Positions 1 to 18,180 are shown, counted from the first letter of the stretch. The stretch is DNA of 64,000 nt from the human T2T-CHM13v2.0 reference genome, Homo sapiens (GCF_009914755.1 NC_060934.1); one strand, 5' to 3'. The notes: a model not told the origin generated them from the letters alone. Made by a program: numbers and translations.

Positions 1-322
1 ACCCTTCAATTTAGTTTCTTTATGTGAACAATGGGATAGTTTTTATTAATAATTTTTAAATGATGACAATTATATCAAATCTGTGCCAGCCTAGATTTGT
101 ATGAAAATTTGTGGTTTTAAAGGAATAGAACATTTATTATGTAAAATATAGAAAATCATTCTAATCATGCTATTATTTACCTTTTTCTAATAATTTAAAA
201 TAAAACTTTAATTTTTTCATAAAAATTAAATTGAAAATTTTGAAATATTGGATCAATTTTTCTATTTTTAAATCTTTATTTATGGATAATTTCAATTATA
301 ATATAATGTAAGAAAATCTTTC

Positions 323-962
<640 letters not shown>

Positions 963-1461
963 AACCAGAAAATGTTTCTTTCAGTATACTTAACTTTTTC
1001 TTGGGAGGGGAGGGCACTGTGCATGTATGAACTGTATATTCATGAATGCACATGAATGAACTGTGTGTTTTATGTTTAAAATATGAATCCAAAAACATTA
1101 GCAGATTTTCATAGGAATATAAATTGAAAGTGAGAAATACTACAAATTCATAAACAGTAATGTGGCAGATAGCAGTGAATTATGACAGACACTACATTAG
1201 AGGTATGCTTAGCTTGCTGCTTAAGAGTAGACCCCAGAGTTATGCCCCTGTAGTTTGAACTGGATAGTTTCCCCATCTATGACCTATAATGATTTTTTTC
1301 TTAGCCTCTGGATGGTAGAAATCATTAACCATTTTGTGCCCTGGAAAATACATGTCAAATATGATCTTTATATACATATGCATGAGCTATAGAAAAGCCA
1401 CTTCATTATCCTAGCTAATGCTATTCTATTGAAAAAATCATTAACAGATTTCTTTTTATAG

Positions 1462-1536
1462 GAGTTGGCCCATGGATTAAGTGAACTCTTATCACATGAA
1501 GGCAATGTTGAAGAAGATTTCTATTCAACATTTCAG
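1462..1536 (+). CDS. HECTD2: HECTD2 coding exon (HECT domain): ELAHGLSELLSHEGNVEEDFYSTFQ
   Basis: tttttatag| acceptor, |gtacta donor, 75 nt, phase 0/0; in frame with following exons; matches recalled HECTD2 C-terminus. Confidence 0.95.
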
Positions 1537-2225
1537 GTACTATTAAGGGCAAGTAGTTATCTGTTAATCATATATTTCATATATGAACAGTGCAATTTGT
1601 TATTAAATACCCACTGTTAGAAAAGATGAACAAGGATTAACCAATACATACAATCCTCTGTCTTAAAGGACCTTAACCTGATAAAGTAGACATGTGTAGA
1701 TGAGCAGTCAATGAAAGTGCTTAATGAAATTCACTAAGGGTTCAGAGTACTCTCTAGGCAATTACATATCCCCTTGAGTTGGTTACTTTCTCAGAGCTTT
1801 TTAGTTTCTAAAAATAAGCCTCTCCTGTAACTTCAACATTAGAAGCTAGGAGTAGAAACTAATGAGTCAGACCAAAACTCTCTGATTTCCACTCCTTTTA
1901 CAGTATTTGGGAAATGGACATTACAGTGATCTGCAGAGCTCCAGGGACCCGCTGTGTATTATCTAGATGTCCACACAGTTTTGTGGACTTCATTAAAGTA
2001 TTTAACTGTATTAGGCAGGGTTAAGTTAAGGCACTATTTTTTAACTCCATAATTCTTTTATGATCCCTCGTTCTTAATACAAATATTGCAAGAGCTTAGC
2101 CTTTTATAGTTTATGTGTTTAGAAGGAAGGGGGAAAAAAACTGTTTTTTAAATTTTACAAACCTGTTCACCAAAGTATGTTATTATATCAACCATATTAA
2201 TATGTGTAATGGCATCTCCCATCAG

Positions 2226-2313
2226 GTTTTTCAAGAAGAATTTGGAATAATCAAGTCCTATAATTTAAAGCCCGGTGGTGATAAAATTTCAGTTACCAAT
2301 CAAAATAGAAAAG
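2226..2313 (+). CDS. HECTD2: HECTD2 coding exon: VFQEEFGIIKSYNLKPGGDKISVTNQNRK
   Basis: catcag| ... |gtaagt; 88 nt, phase 0/1; HECT motif LKPGG..I.VT..N..EYV. Confidence 0.97.
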
Positions 2314-2397
2314 GTAAGTTAATACCCTTTTTAATTAAAATGAATTAGTATTTGCCATTTACTTTTACTATTTAAGAGATGTAAAATTGCTTTTCAG

Positions 2398-2504
2398 AAT
2401 ATGTACAGCTTTATACTGACTTCCTTCTGAACAAATCCATCTATAAGCAGTTTGCTGCATTTTATTATGGATTTCATAGTGTGTGTGCTTCAAATGCCCT
2501 AATG
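2398..2504 (+). CDS. HECTD2: HECTD2 coding exon: (E)YVQLYTDFLLNKSIYKQFAAFYYGFHSVCASNALM
   Basis: ttttcag| ... |gtgagt; 107 nt, phase 1/0; follows an 84-nt intron. Confidence 0.97.
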
Positions 2505-3855
2505 GTGAGTTTATAACTTTAAATCAAGCTTTCGGTTAGCTTTTGTAGTACTATCATGTTAACAAATAATTAATAAATATTTTAGTAGATAAGCTTTTAA
2601 AATAGAAAATATTTTCTACTTTTTAAAAGTAGAACTAAAAACAAAAATAGTTCTCTCATTTCAGTCTTAATTCTTTAGAGGGGAAAAACACCCCAGTCAG
2701 TTCATTTTCTCTCCCCTTCTACTAAGTCTTTTAGAGCTTTACAAACTTTCTCCAAGTAGAGTGGATGAAGGGATCCATGGACTCAGGATCTTAATACTGA
2801 AGGACAAGGCACACAACGCAGTTAACATGTAGCTCCAGGGTAAAAGTTACAACTTCTTAATGATTAAGGAACATATGTATAGCTGCTTCCTGCTACCTCA
2901 GGGCTCCCTCAGCAACTCTGCATTGCCTTTTACCCTTAGCAAGTAGTTTATCTCTAGAGTTATGGTGGACTCAGTTTGGTCTGACTTGTCTTAGCCATGT
3001 GAATATGGATCAGCTACTATTTAGAATACCATGTCAGAAGTATCATAGGATACCTTTCAGTCACCCCAGCTACCCAGCACACACTTTCATCATGCCATTT
3101 ATACCTCCCTTAGTTTCATTATGAGGGATTGGAGTAAGATCTTTCATTTGAATTATTTTTCATGGGAGAGAGAAATGGACTATAGAAGTTGCTTTGGGGC
3201 AAAACCAAGTGGCTTACATTATTGCCAGCTTGTTTTAGAGAAACCTTTGTAATATGTTTGTTGTCGAAAATACCTTTGAAAGAGAAACACTTTATTGAGC
3301 TCTAGTTAAGTTTTGTTTATGACACTCTGGTAATTGTGGGAGTGGACAGAGGGAAAATAAGAATTAAATAGCATAGCATGGTCTCTGTGTTTTAGAGCTT
3401 TAATCTCTGTAGGCGGTAGACTAACCCACCTGAAAGTTGAAAAAAACAAGAGACACAAGACAGACTATAACCAAGTGCCCAAACTCTACAGTGCACACAG
3501 GAGGTGTTATGGGATATTGGAAGGAGATACTAGGATACGGGATATTAGGTGGATCAGTAGATGTTGGAGCTTCATGCTGGTTTTTGGAGAAGAGTAATTT
3601 GGATTTGTGCAAAGTAATTTGCTTGTTTTTCTGGCAAACGGCTAATTACTATTTACAAGATCTATAAACTTCGGAAGCAAAAATATCTTGCCTTGGCAGG
3701 AAAAATATACCCAGAGTCGATTTTTCTTCAACAAAAATGGTTTGATTTACTATGAGAAATCATGACTTTTGTGATTTGATCCAGTGAAAATAGTTCCAGT
3801 TTCACTTAAAACCATCACTCTTTAATTATTGTTTTTGATAAATAATTATTGGCAG

Positions 3856-3971
3856 CTGCTTCGTCCAGAAGAGGTTGAAATTTTGGTCTGTGGAAGTCCT
3901 GACCTGGATATGCATGCTCTGCAGAGAAGTACTCAGTATGATGGCTATGCAAAAACGGACTTAACTATAAA
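3856..3971 (+). CDS. HECTD2: HECTD2 coding exon: LLRPEEVEILVCGSPDLDMHALQRSTQYDGYAKTDLTI
   Basis: ggcag| ... |gtgagc; 116 nt, phase 0/2; HECT hinge motif PEE.E.L.CG. Confidence 0.97.
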
Positions 3972-4544
3972 GTGAGCTCTTTATACTTCTGATAGTGGGG
4001 GATGTGGAGAGGGAACAGCAGACAGTGTGGTTCATTTATTTGCATAACTTACAATCTTTGAATCAATTAAGTTAGTCAAAATATTAGAGAGTCCCACAGT
4101 CTTATTTTATCTCTGGAAAGTCTATGAGAATTTTAATATGAAATCACTCCCTTTGGGAGAAAATTCTATAAGCAAGTTTCTACAAAAGTGTAGAGATTTT
4201 ACTTTTAAAAAAATGACTTTGCTCCTAGAATTTCATGGATGCTATCCTTGTAAATAACAGTTTAATAGCACTATGTTGAAAAATAAGACTTGAAAGTTAT
4301 GCAGGAGAAAAATGGTTCCTGTACTATCCACTGCTGAACTTATATACTTTTATAAAAATATTATTTTATAATGTTAGTCAAAAGTCTAATACGTATATAG
4401 AAGCTCACCATTCCTTAATTTTACAGAAATTCAGGATATTATGTATGCTTAAGGAAAGTCCTTTCCTTAGAGCTTCCTTTATATTACTTTATTATAGGAT
4501 TTTTGTCAAGACATTTGATGTTAATTTCCTTTGGTATTCTCTAG

Positions 4545-4688
4545 ATACTTTTGGGATGTTGTGCTTGGATTTCCTCTTGATCTTCAAAAGAAGTTGCTAC
4601 ATTTTACTACAGGGAGTGACAGAGTACCTGTAGGAGGGATGGCTGATTTGAACTTTAAAATCTCAAAGAATGAAACTTCTACTAACTG
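4545..4688 (+). CDS. HECTD2: HECTD2 penultimate coding exon: (K)YFWDVVLGFPLDLQKKLLHFTTGSDRVPVGGMADLNFKISKNETSTN
   Basis: ttctctag| ... |gtaaat; 144 nt, phase 2/2; HECT C-lobe motif FW...LL.FTTGSDRVPVGG. Confidence 0.97.
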
Positions 4689-6429
4689 GTAAATTTCTGG
4701 ATCTAATTTTATTTTAAATCTAAAGGTTACTGCTAATACTGCTAATGATAATACATTTGGAATCAGGATGTGTACTCCGTTTGAAGTTATTTTCATAGAA
4801 AAATCTTCAGAGTAAACATGGCCTTGAAATGTAAGAGATTTTGATTAAAAGTTCTCTTACTAGTTTTTGAGACATACTAACTAATAATTCATTTCTAACA
4901 ACTTTTTACTTTGCTAGGTCATATAAGTGCTTTGTAGACTCTTTTAGAACCTAGTTACTTTGTAGTAGTAGATTGTCTAATGTTCATTTTTATTTAAATG
5001 TGAAATGTGTTTTTTATTTTTAGGAAAATCATTAAGTTGGGATATCTGGTTTGTTTGTGGAGTTTTCTTTCTTTTCTAGGGGGTTGGGGGATACTATAAT
5101 TATTACCAGAAGTACCTCTAATACTAATCCTCTTTTTTTTTTTAATCTCATGCTTTTTGTATATGAAGTGATGGTGATGATGGATTTAAATTATTTTCTA
5201 GCAGTGTTAATGCATTAATGCTTATCAACTTACTCCTTTTCCCAAATAACTTATAATTTCTAAAGCTAACTTGAATAGACATAACTTTGATTATAATCAT
5301 TTTTGTCTCCTGCCCCATACATTGAACATTCCCTAAGTGCTCTTAGTTCTTCCTTTCATTTTAAAGCTGGAATCTGTTCTTTGCTTTTCCACTGCCTCTA
5401 CCTTGGTAAAGTTACTTTTTATCTTCATTACTAGCTTATTTTATCCTATTAAACTCATGTGCTTTAACACTATTTAGATCATATTTCCGTGGGAAATAAC
5501 TTTATTGCCAGTTTAAGTTCTAGAATCCAGAGACTGTAAAATAAAGCTCTAGTCTTCTACCCCAGGCTATCTACCAGTTTTCATTTCTTTCTATGCTTTA
5601 GTCAACAGGCTGTTTGCTGGTTCCTTAGATATATTTTATGCCTTTCTTCCTCCATGCTTTCAAGTTGTTCCCTTTACATGTGATGTGCCAGCTATGACTA
5701 TTAAAGACACAGTTTAATGTTGACTTCCTCTGTAAAGCCAAAAGTCATTATGTATTGAGTTTCTCAAATATCTTGTAGAAGTTATGTGCTAGTTACCATG
5801 TTGCACTTTATATCTGAGTCATTTAGTTCTTCAAGAAAGAGGTTATGCCTTATACATATTTGTATGCTCCAAGTAATCACACATGGTAAGTGCCCAATAG
5901 CTATTTCTTCAATAGTATTTATGTCATCATCAAGATTATATTTAAAACACAAAATAAATATTTACATATATAATTAAATTTCTAAACAAAATTTACAATT
6001 AAAGTCCTAAAATGAAAAAATTCAAGAGGATTTTTTTAGATTATAGATTTTTTGCATAACAGAAGTTAATTTTTCAGAATATTTTATTTTATATTAAAAA
6101 CATTTCCAATTTTAAAAGAGTAATCTGAGCAATCTGTTTTAATACAAAGGTGACATTACTTCTAAACTTTCCCAATAATTATTATTATTTCAAGAATATG
6201 TGAGCTAACATGGCTTCAACATGAATCTAGAACCTCTAGGATTCCCAGTGGAATCTCACATATATTAAATAAAGCTGACTATCAAAGACATACAACATTT
6301 CAATTTGACATAATAATGGTATGCCTCAAAAGACAAGGACAACACTCCAGCTGAAAGAGGAGTTTCCATTCATCTTATAAGGTCCACCATTGAATATTCA
6401 TTCACTAGATTTTTGTTAAATAAGAATGG

Positions 6430-6617
6430 TAATTCCATTAAAAGGTGGGCAAAGGACATGAACAGACACTTTTCAAAAGAAGGCAACATGCAGCCAATAA
6501 GCATATGAAAAAATGCTCAACATCACTAATCATTAGAGAAATGCAAATCAAAACCACAATGAGATACCATCTCACAGCGGTCAGAATGGCTATTGTTATA
6601 TTAAAAAGTCAAAAAAT
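6430..6617 (+). mobile_element. Older L1 (L1PA13-16-like) 3' fragment, left part, interrupted by the full-length L1
   Basis: ORF2 C-terminal L1 sequence ([12 protein letters not shown].../[14 protein letters not shown]); resumes at 12664. Confidence 0.85.
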
Positions 6618-7523
6618 GAGGGAGGAGCCAAGATGGCCGAATAGGAACAGCTCCAGTCTACAGCTCCCAGCCTGAGCGACGCAGAAGATGGGTGATTTCT
6701 GCATTTCCATCTGAGGTACCGGGTTCATCTCACTAGGGAGTGCCAGACAGTGGGCGCAGGTCAGTGGGTGCGCACACCGTGCGCGAGCCGAAGCAGGGCG
6801 AGGCATTGCCTCACTCGGGAAGCGCAAGGGGTCAGGGAGTTCCCTTTCCTAATCAAAGAAAGGGGTGACGGACAGCACCTGGAAAATCGGGTCACTCCCA
6901 CCCGAATACTGCGCTTTTCCGACGGGCTTAAAAAACGGTGCACCACGAGATTATATCCCGCACTTGGCTCGGAGGGTCCTACCCCACGGAGTCTCGCTGA
7001 TGGCTAGCGCAGCAGTCTGAGATCAAACTGCAAGGCGGCAGCGAGGCTGGGGGAGGGGCGCCCACCATTGCCCAGGCTTGCTTAGGTAAACGAAGCAGCC
7101 AGGAAGCTCGAACTGGGTGGAACCCACCACAGCTCAAGGAGGCCTGCCTGCCTCTGTAGGCTCCACCTCTGGGGGCAGGGCACAGACAAACAAAAAGACA
7201 GCAGTAACCTCTGCAGACTTAAATGTCCCTGTCTGACAGCTTTGAAGAGAGCAGGGGTTCTCCTAGTACGCAGCTGGAGATCTGAGAACAGGCAGACTGC
7301 CGCCTCAAGTGGGTCCCTGACACCTGACCCCCGAGCAGCCTAACTGGGAGGCACCCTCCAGCAGGGGCACACTGACACCTCACACTGCAGGGTACTCCAA
7401 CAGACCTGCACCTGAGGGTCCTGTCTGTTAGAAGGAAAACTAACAAACAGAAAGGACATCCACACCAAAAACCCATCTGTACATCACCATCATCAAAGAC
7501 CAAAAGTAGATAAAACCACAAAG
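6618..7523 (+). promoter_or_regulatory. L1 5' UTR with internal sense promoter and antisense promoter; intact YY1 site CAAGATGGCCG at 6629-6639
   Basis: CpG-rich L1 5' UTR sequence; promoter function is established L1 biology, activity of this copy unknown. Confidence 0.75.
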
Positions 7524-8535
7524 ATGGGGAAAAAACAGAGCAGAAAAACTGGAAACTCTAAAAATCAGAGCGCCTCTCCTCCTCCAAAGGAACGCAGCTC
7601 CTCACCAGCAACAGAACAAAGCTGGACGGAGAATGACTTTGACAAGCTGAGAGAAGAAGGCTTCAGATGATCAAATTACTCTGAGCTACGGGAGGACATT
7701 CAAACCAAAGGCAAAGAAGTTGAAAACTTTGAAAAAAATTTAGAAGAATGTATAACTAGAATAACCAATACAGAGAAGTGCTTAAAGGAGCTGATGGAGC
7801 TGAAAACCAAGGCTCGAGAACCACGTGAAGAATGCAGAAGCCTCAGGAGCCAATGCGATAAACTGGAAGAAAGGGTATCAGCAATGGAAGATGAAATGAA
7901 TGAAATGAAGCGAGAAGGAAAGTTTAGAGAAAAAAGAATAAAAAGAAACGAGCAAAGCCTCCAAGAAATATGGGACTATGTGAAAAGACCAAATCTACGT
8001 CTGATTGGTGTACCTGAAAGTGACGGGGAGAATGGAACCAAGTTGGAAAACACTCTGCAGGATATTATCCAGGAGAACTTCCCCAATCTAGCAAGGCAGG
8101 CCAACATTCAGATTCAGGAAATACAGAGAACACCACAAAGATACTCCTCGAGAAGAGCAACTCCAAGACACATAATTGTCAGATTCACCAAAGTTGAAAT
8201 GAAGGAAAAAATGTTAAGGGCAGCCAGAGAGAAAGGTCGGTTTACCCTCAAAGAGAAGCCCATCAGACTAACAGCGGATCTCTTGGCAGAAACCCTACAA
8301 GCCAGAAGAGAGTGGGGACCAATATTCAACATTCTTAAAGAATTTTCAACCCAGAATTTCATATCCAGCCAAACTAAGCTTCATAAGTGAAGAAGAAATA
8401 AAATACTTTACAGACAAGCAAATGCTGAGAGATTTTGTCACCACCAGGCCTGCCCTAAAAGAGCTCCTGAAGGAAGCACTAAACATGGAAAGGAACAACC
8501 GGTACCAGCCGCTGCAAAATCATGCCAAAATGTAA
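7524..8535 (+). pseudogene. L1 ORF1, disrupted
   Basis: ATG at 7524; CGA>TGA stop at 7668-7670 (codon 49); 5-bp deletion near 8340; native TAA at 8533-8535. Confidence 0.92.
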
Positions 8536-8583
8536 AGACCATCGAGACTAGGAAGAAACTGCATCAACTAACGAGCAAAGTAA

Positions 8584-12423
<3,840 letters not shown>

Positions 12424-12663
12424 ACAGTGAGATCACATGGACACAGGAAGGGGAACATCACACTCTGGGGACTGTTGTGGGGTGGGGGGAGGGGGGAGGG
12501 ATAGCACTGGGAGATATACCTAATGCTAGATGACGGGTTAGTGGGTGCAGCACACCAGCATGGCACATGTATACGTATGTAACTAACCTGCACAATGTGC
12601 ACATGTACCCTAAAACTTAAAGTATAATTAAAAAAAATAAATTTAAAAAAAAAATCAAAAAAT

Positions 12664-13290
12664 AGCAGATGCTGACAAGGTTGCAGAGAAAAGAGAATGC
12701 TTATACACTGCTGGTGGGAATGTAAATTATTTTAGCCATTGTGGAAAGCAGTATGGAGGTTTCTTAAAGAACTTAGAACTATCATTCAACCCAGCAATGC
12801 CATTATTGGGTATGTACCCAAAGGAATATAAATTATTCTGTCATAAAGACACATGCATGCATATGTTCATTGTTCACTGCAGCACTATTCACAATAGCAA
12901 AGACTGGATAAAGAAAATGTGGTACATATATACCATGGAATACTATGCAGCCATTAAAAAAAAGATCATGTCCTTTGCAGCAACATGGATGAAGCTAGAG
13001 GCTCCATCCTAAGCAAACTAACACAGGAACAGAAAACCAAATACCACATATTCTTACTTGTAAGTGGGAGCTAAATACTGAGTACATGTGAACACAAGGA
13101 AGGGAATGACAAACACTGGGACCTACTTGAGCGGGTAGGGTGGGAGGAGGGTAAAGATAAAAGAAACTGCCTATCAGGTACTTACTTATTACCTGGGTGA
13201 TGAGATAATCTGTACACCAAACCCCCATGACATGCAGTTTACCTTATATAACAAACCTGCACATGTACCCCTGAACCTAAAATAAAAGGT
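12664..13290 (+). mobile_element. Older L1 (L1PA13-16-like) 3' end, right part
   Basis: Resumes the host L1 after the TSD; ends CACATGTACCCCTGAACCTAAAATAAAAG. Confidence 0.85.
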
Positions 13291-14189
13291 AGAGGAAAAA
13301 CATGTTGTATTATATCTCAACTCACTAGCAGTTAATGAAGAAGAGGATAACAGGAGTCCAGAAAAAGATAGTGAATAGTATCAGTGAAAAGGGCCAAAAA
13401 ATGAAGACATATAATGGGCACAATAAGCCAGTGCAGGATTTCAATTTTAAATTCATAGATAGGACCAGATGCCTTCTCCCAGTGCCTCTTAGAATAAAGT
13501 CCATGGAGAAAATAATCTTCAGTCATTAATTGTATTCAGAATGCTTTTTTCCCCTAAAAGGGCATGAATCCTTGGCAATATTTTGTGGTTATCCTGATTC
13601 TTTAGTACAGAGTGTAATGTAGAATGGCCAAGATTGCAAAGCAAATTTCAAATTACATCCTTTTCCATCTCTGGTTGTCCTTAAGCAGCTTCCTTTGCAA
13701 ATCATCCAAAGAGTCAGGCTTAAAAGATATACATAATTTGGTCCTGCACCTCATCAAATACATGTTATTGAAGCCCCTGATGGATTAAGAAAATCCTGGA
13801 CACATTTTTTCTTCAATAAACATTTTCATAAGATATTCTTCTGGTAGAATATTGATATTGTTTTCTTTCAGTTTTAAGAGACCTTGTATCTAGGTAGATG
13901 AGTATTAAATAAACTTGGAAAGCTCAGCCTTAACAGAATGAAGAGAAAACAAATGTTTTAAATAACTCGGGAAATGTTATTGAATGGATGCATGAAACAC
14001 TGGCATAAAAATAAGTTGTGTAGCTTAGGACCTTGTAAACAGCAGAGCACTTTAGAAAAAAATATATTAAAAAACTGAGTTGGCATTTTCATTTTTTTCT
14101 TTGCTTTGTTATTTGATGATATTTTTAATTCATACAAATGTATGTCTGGTGCGTAAAAAATTAAGAATGTTAAATCTTACATATGAACA

Positions 14190-14420
14190 ACACTGGTTTT
14201 TTAAGTCAGACTGATCTGGGTCTGAATATTGGGCCTACATCTTTACCAGCTCTCTATCCCTGAACAGGTTACTTGTATATTTACATGTCTATTTTTCCTC
14301 ACCAGTAAAATGAGAACAACCACTTTTAAGTTGCTTTGAGGCTGAAATTAAAGGAAACAATGCATGTAAATGCACTCAGCACAGTGATTATCATAGACCA
14401 AACACTGAGTAAATGCTGAT
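14190..14420. mobile_element. MIR SINE
   Basis: Degenerate MIR core (gtaaaatgag...gcatgtaaatgcactcagcacagtg). Confidence 0.6.
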
Positions 14421-14839
14421 TCTAGTAGTTTTAAGTCTTTTAATTCAGGGGGCTCTCAAAATTTAGTTTTAAATCTTACAAACTTCTTTAAAAATGTTTT
14501 CCTTTTCTGTAGTGTATTCACATTTTTATTCATTGATTTCTCTGACAGCTGTTCTGATGCTGTGAAGTTCATAAAGACTGAAGGAAAGAGTCTTAAGATA
14601 GCTGTAAGAATCCTAAATGATGATAACAACACTATCAGATAGTAGGTGGGGGAGATGACACCAAAAGGATTCAGAAGATAATTTTTACATGTGCATCAAG
14701 GGGCATCTACTGTCCCCAAAATGCTCTTTTTTAAATTACTTTTTAATACTAAAAACCGGAATAATAGTATCATTCATTATATTATCTACTCCTCGGCTGC
14801 TAGATGTTTTGTGTATATCACTCTTTTAATCTTTTTAAC

Positions 14840-15193
14840 CATCAGTCCTCAACCTTTTTGGCACCAGGGATCGGTTTTGTGGAAGACAGTTTTTCCACAG
14901 AACCAGGGAGGAGTGGGGAGAGTGGGAGGTGGTGGTAGTTTTGGATGAAACTGTTCCACCTCGGGTCATCAGGCATTAGATTCTCATAAGGGGCATGCAA
15001 CCTAGATTCCTTGCACGTGCAGTTCACAATAGGGTCCTTGTTCCTATGAGAATCTAATACTGCCGCTTATGTGACAGGAGGCAGAGCTCAGGCAGTAATG
15101 CTCGCCTGCCACTCACCTCCTGTTGTGCAGCCCAGTTCCTAACAGGCCACCAACAACCATACCCATCTCTGGCCCTGGGGTTGGGAACTCCTG
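14840..15193. mobile_element. MER1 (MER1B-like) hAT-Charlie DNA transposon
   Basis: Ends CAACCTTTTTGGCACCAGGG ... GGGGTTGGGAACTCCTG; similar to the copy at 57459. Confidence 0.85.
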
Positions 15194-15591
15194 GTTATTA
15201 AACAACCTGATTAGGTTATTAAACAGCCTAATTGGATGGTTTACCCTATATTGTTGATGAGGAAACTGGGATTTGGGGATATTATGCAACTCGAACAAGA
15301 CCCCACAGCTAGTAAGTGGGGAAAGCAGAATTCAAATTCATATCTGTCTGACTCCAACAAAATGCTTCTTAAATGAGTTTCATGAAAGTGGTAACATTGG
15401 TTGTCTTGTCTGTAACCACAGCCTTAGTGTCTAGAGTGGTGTCTGATACAAAGTGAGGTACTCAGTAAATATCTGTTCAGTGAAGAAATGGATGAGTCAT
15501 CTCTTAACAGAGTGAAATAGATTTGAATGTGTGTGTCCTGGTATTTTTTAAAGTTGCATAGCAGTCATTTTGTGTGTGTTTCAAGACTTAG

Positions 15592-15738
<147 letters not shown>

Positions 15739-18180
15739 CCTAGAAGACTTGAAATATAATCTTTTATATGTAGCATTCACTTCCCTCTTACTGTGCCTTT
15801 AGCCTTTTCATGTTTCTGTCTCAAAACACTTTGACAAAGCTCACCAACTTTAAAATATTAAGTTTTTAAAAAATCAAATATGAAGTATGTTCAGCAAAGG
15901 CATAATTTTCTAAAAACACACACAGAAATCGCTTGAGTGAGGAAAAGTCCACATGGCAGAGACAGGTATGGTCCAGTTCCTCTTTTATATAGCACTTTAT
16001 CATTCTCCACAAGTAGTTTGTCACAGGCATTCCACTGGGAAAGCAAAGTACAGTGAAGAATGAATTTATGGTATAGTTGAACCCAGTGGCAGATTGTACA
16101 CTGCTAGCACTGCTAGCACACAGTAGCAAAGCAAACAGCTACATTATCTTTAACATAAGGCATGTAGCCATATTTTCATATAGTGGTATACAACACAGTA
16201 TCATTGCAAATGCAGTTTACAGGGATTTTTGATATACTGGCTTGGGACCTATAAGATTCTTCTCAGCAGTTGCTGAAAAGCATGTAAATAACTACATAAT
16301 AGCCTGAGAATAATGGGATTTTGATAGTGCCATTTATTGTTAAAGATTTATTTTTACAAAGTAAATTCAGGGTTTTAGATGTGTACACAGCTTTTACAAA
16401 TCAATAAAGATGATTGTACAAGAGTATTTTCAGACTAATTGGATTCAAGGTTATATTCTTTTAAGTGTTGTTAGTCTGCATGCACATTGGCAGTAAACTA
16501 GTTACTTGTGTACTCTGTAATATTTGTATAATGATCATTTCTTCTTAAGGCTCAAGATATTAGAAAAGAAATCAGACCTAAATAATCATTGATGAAGTAT
16601 GTCAGTTACAAGCACAAAAGAATATAACTGCTTTTATAAATCTTTTGAATCATGTACAAGACTTATATCTACATTTTTTGATCACCAGTTGTACCAAAAC
16701 ACTAATTTTTGAAAAAGATAGGTTAAAGTATTTGACAAAAGTGAATACAATAATAACACTTGTGTCAAAATGATATAGCTTAGTATAAAAATAAAATTCA
16801 ACGTTTTGGCCAAAATGTTTGTTTTTCACTGGATTCTGAATATAATAAATTCAAAGTACCCTTTTTTTAGAGTTTCTAATAAAGTAGTATGTAAAAAGAA
16901 ACTGCATTTTAAGTCAGACAGTAAATGTTTTTTTTAATTTACAGCAAATGAAGCAGTTTTATTAGCATGTTACAAATATTGCCAAACCAAGACTTCTCTA
17001 CCATACTTTAACAGCTTTCCTTCAGAAAACTCTGAAGTTATATTTGCAATAATAATGAAACCAGCATTTAGTACCAGCATATGGTTCATATGCAAATAAT
17101 ACTTTCCCCAAAATCTTTCTGGGCTAGGCTATTTTCTTGCTATGCTTCCTGCACCCAACCAGCAGAATTCTTCCAGGGTGGAGGAACTAATCAGCTTGTT
17201 CTCCAACAGTTCTGAAGCCAACCCACAAATCTTTGAGGAAAAGGGGTCACTTTGTTTACTATTCTCTTGGAGATGGAAGTGATTCTGCTCTTCCATTTGG
17301 GTATATTATTTCAAGGGTATTTCTTCTTAAAAATCTTGGAAAGCCTAAGAGAGTTAAAGGCATCCTGGTTTTGTTTCATTTTGCTCTGTTTTAAATCCAT
17401 ATGCAAATAAAACTGCTTCTCTCTTACACTGCTTGAACTAGAAAATCAGCTTTTTAATGTAGGTTACCACTTATAAGCACAAAAGAAACATGTATAAGAA
17501 ACCAGATTTAAGTGTTTTAAATAAAATGTAAACAGTTTTTATTTGGTAGAGATGACTCATGGAAAAATTGTGTTGGCTTGGTCTGCATGTTTAATGATGT
17601 GCTTGTATATCGATTAGCTGTGTCACTTTTAAATAAGAAGTCCACACAAGCAAGCCAAATTTTTAGATGACGAAGTCCATAAATAACTAGAGAATTTTTG
17701 TTATCTGTTGTTAAGTTGAAATGTATAATCATTTATCACTAAATTGCACATTGCCTTTATTTATTTGTGCTCTGTTTTTGGTTTACAGTGTAATAATACC
17801 TCATTTAAAAAATAAAAACCACTACTGTTACATTTTATTAATTTAAAAAGCTAGAAAATTCATGTAGTTACTTTTTTTACATATATAATCTGTTAATGAA
17901 TTATTGATTTTTGTATCTGCCACAGTAAATTAAAGCATTACACAGTATTTATCAGTATTTTTTAAACATCCTGTCCTTTTTTAAAATCTTTGCTTAGTCA
18001 GTCATATTTTTGTCTGTATGATTAGAAGTTTTTACGTCCTTCCTTTTTTGTACAAATCTGTATTGTATTAATTTCTGGATGCAATTTTTCAAATATTAAA
18101 ATTATACAGTCAGTCAGGCTTCAGTTTATTTTTTGAACACTTGGGCAATTAATTAAAGCCATATGTTTAAAATATTTTAT
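15739..18180 (+). other. HECTD2: HECTD2 3' UTR, AU-rich and repeat-free; 3' end uncertain
   Basis: Follows the stop codon; candidate poly(A) signals AATAAA at 16403 and 17811, ATTAAA at 18152. Confidence 0.7.

Noticed and set aside
2115-2348. 77-aa ORF as a standalone gene
   Set aside because: It is HECTD2 exon 2226-2313 read through into flanking introns
12476-12500. G-quadruplex motif
   Set aside because: Ordinary G-rich tract of the L1 3' UTR, also at ~38967-38991
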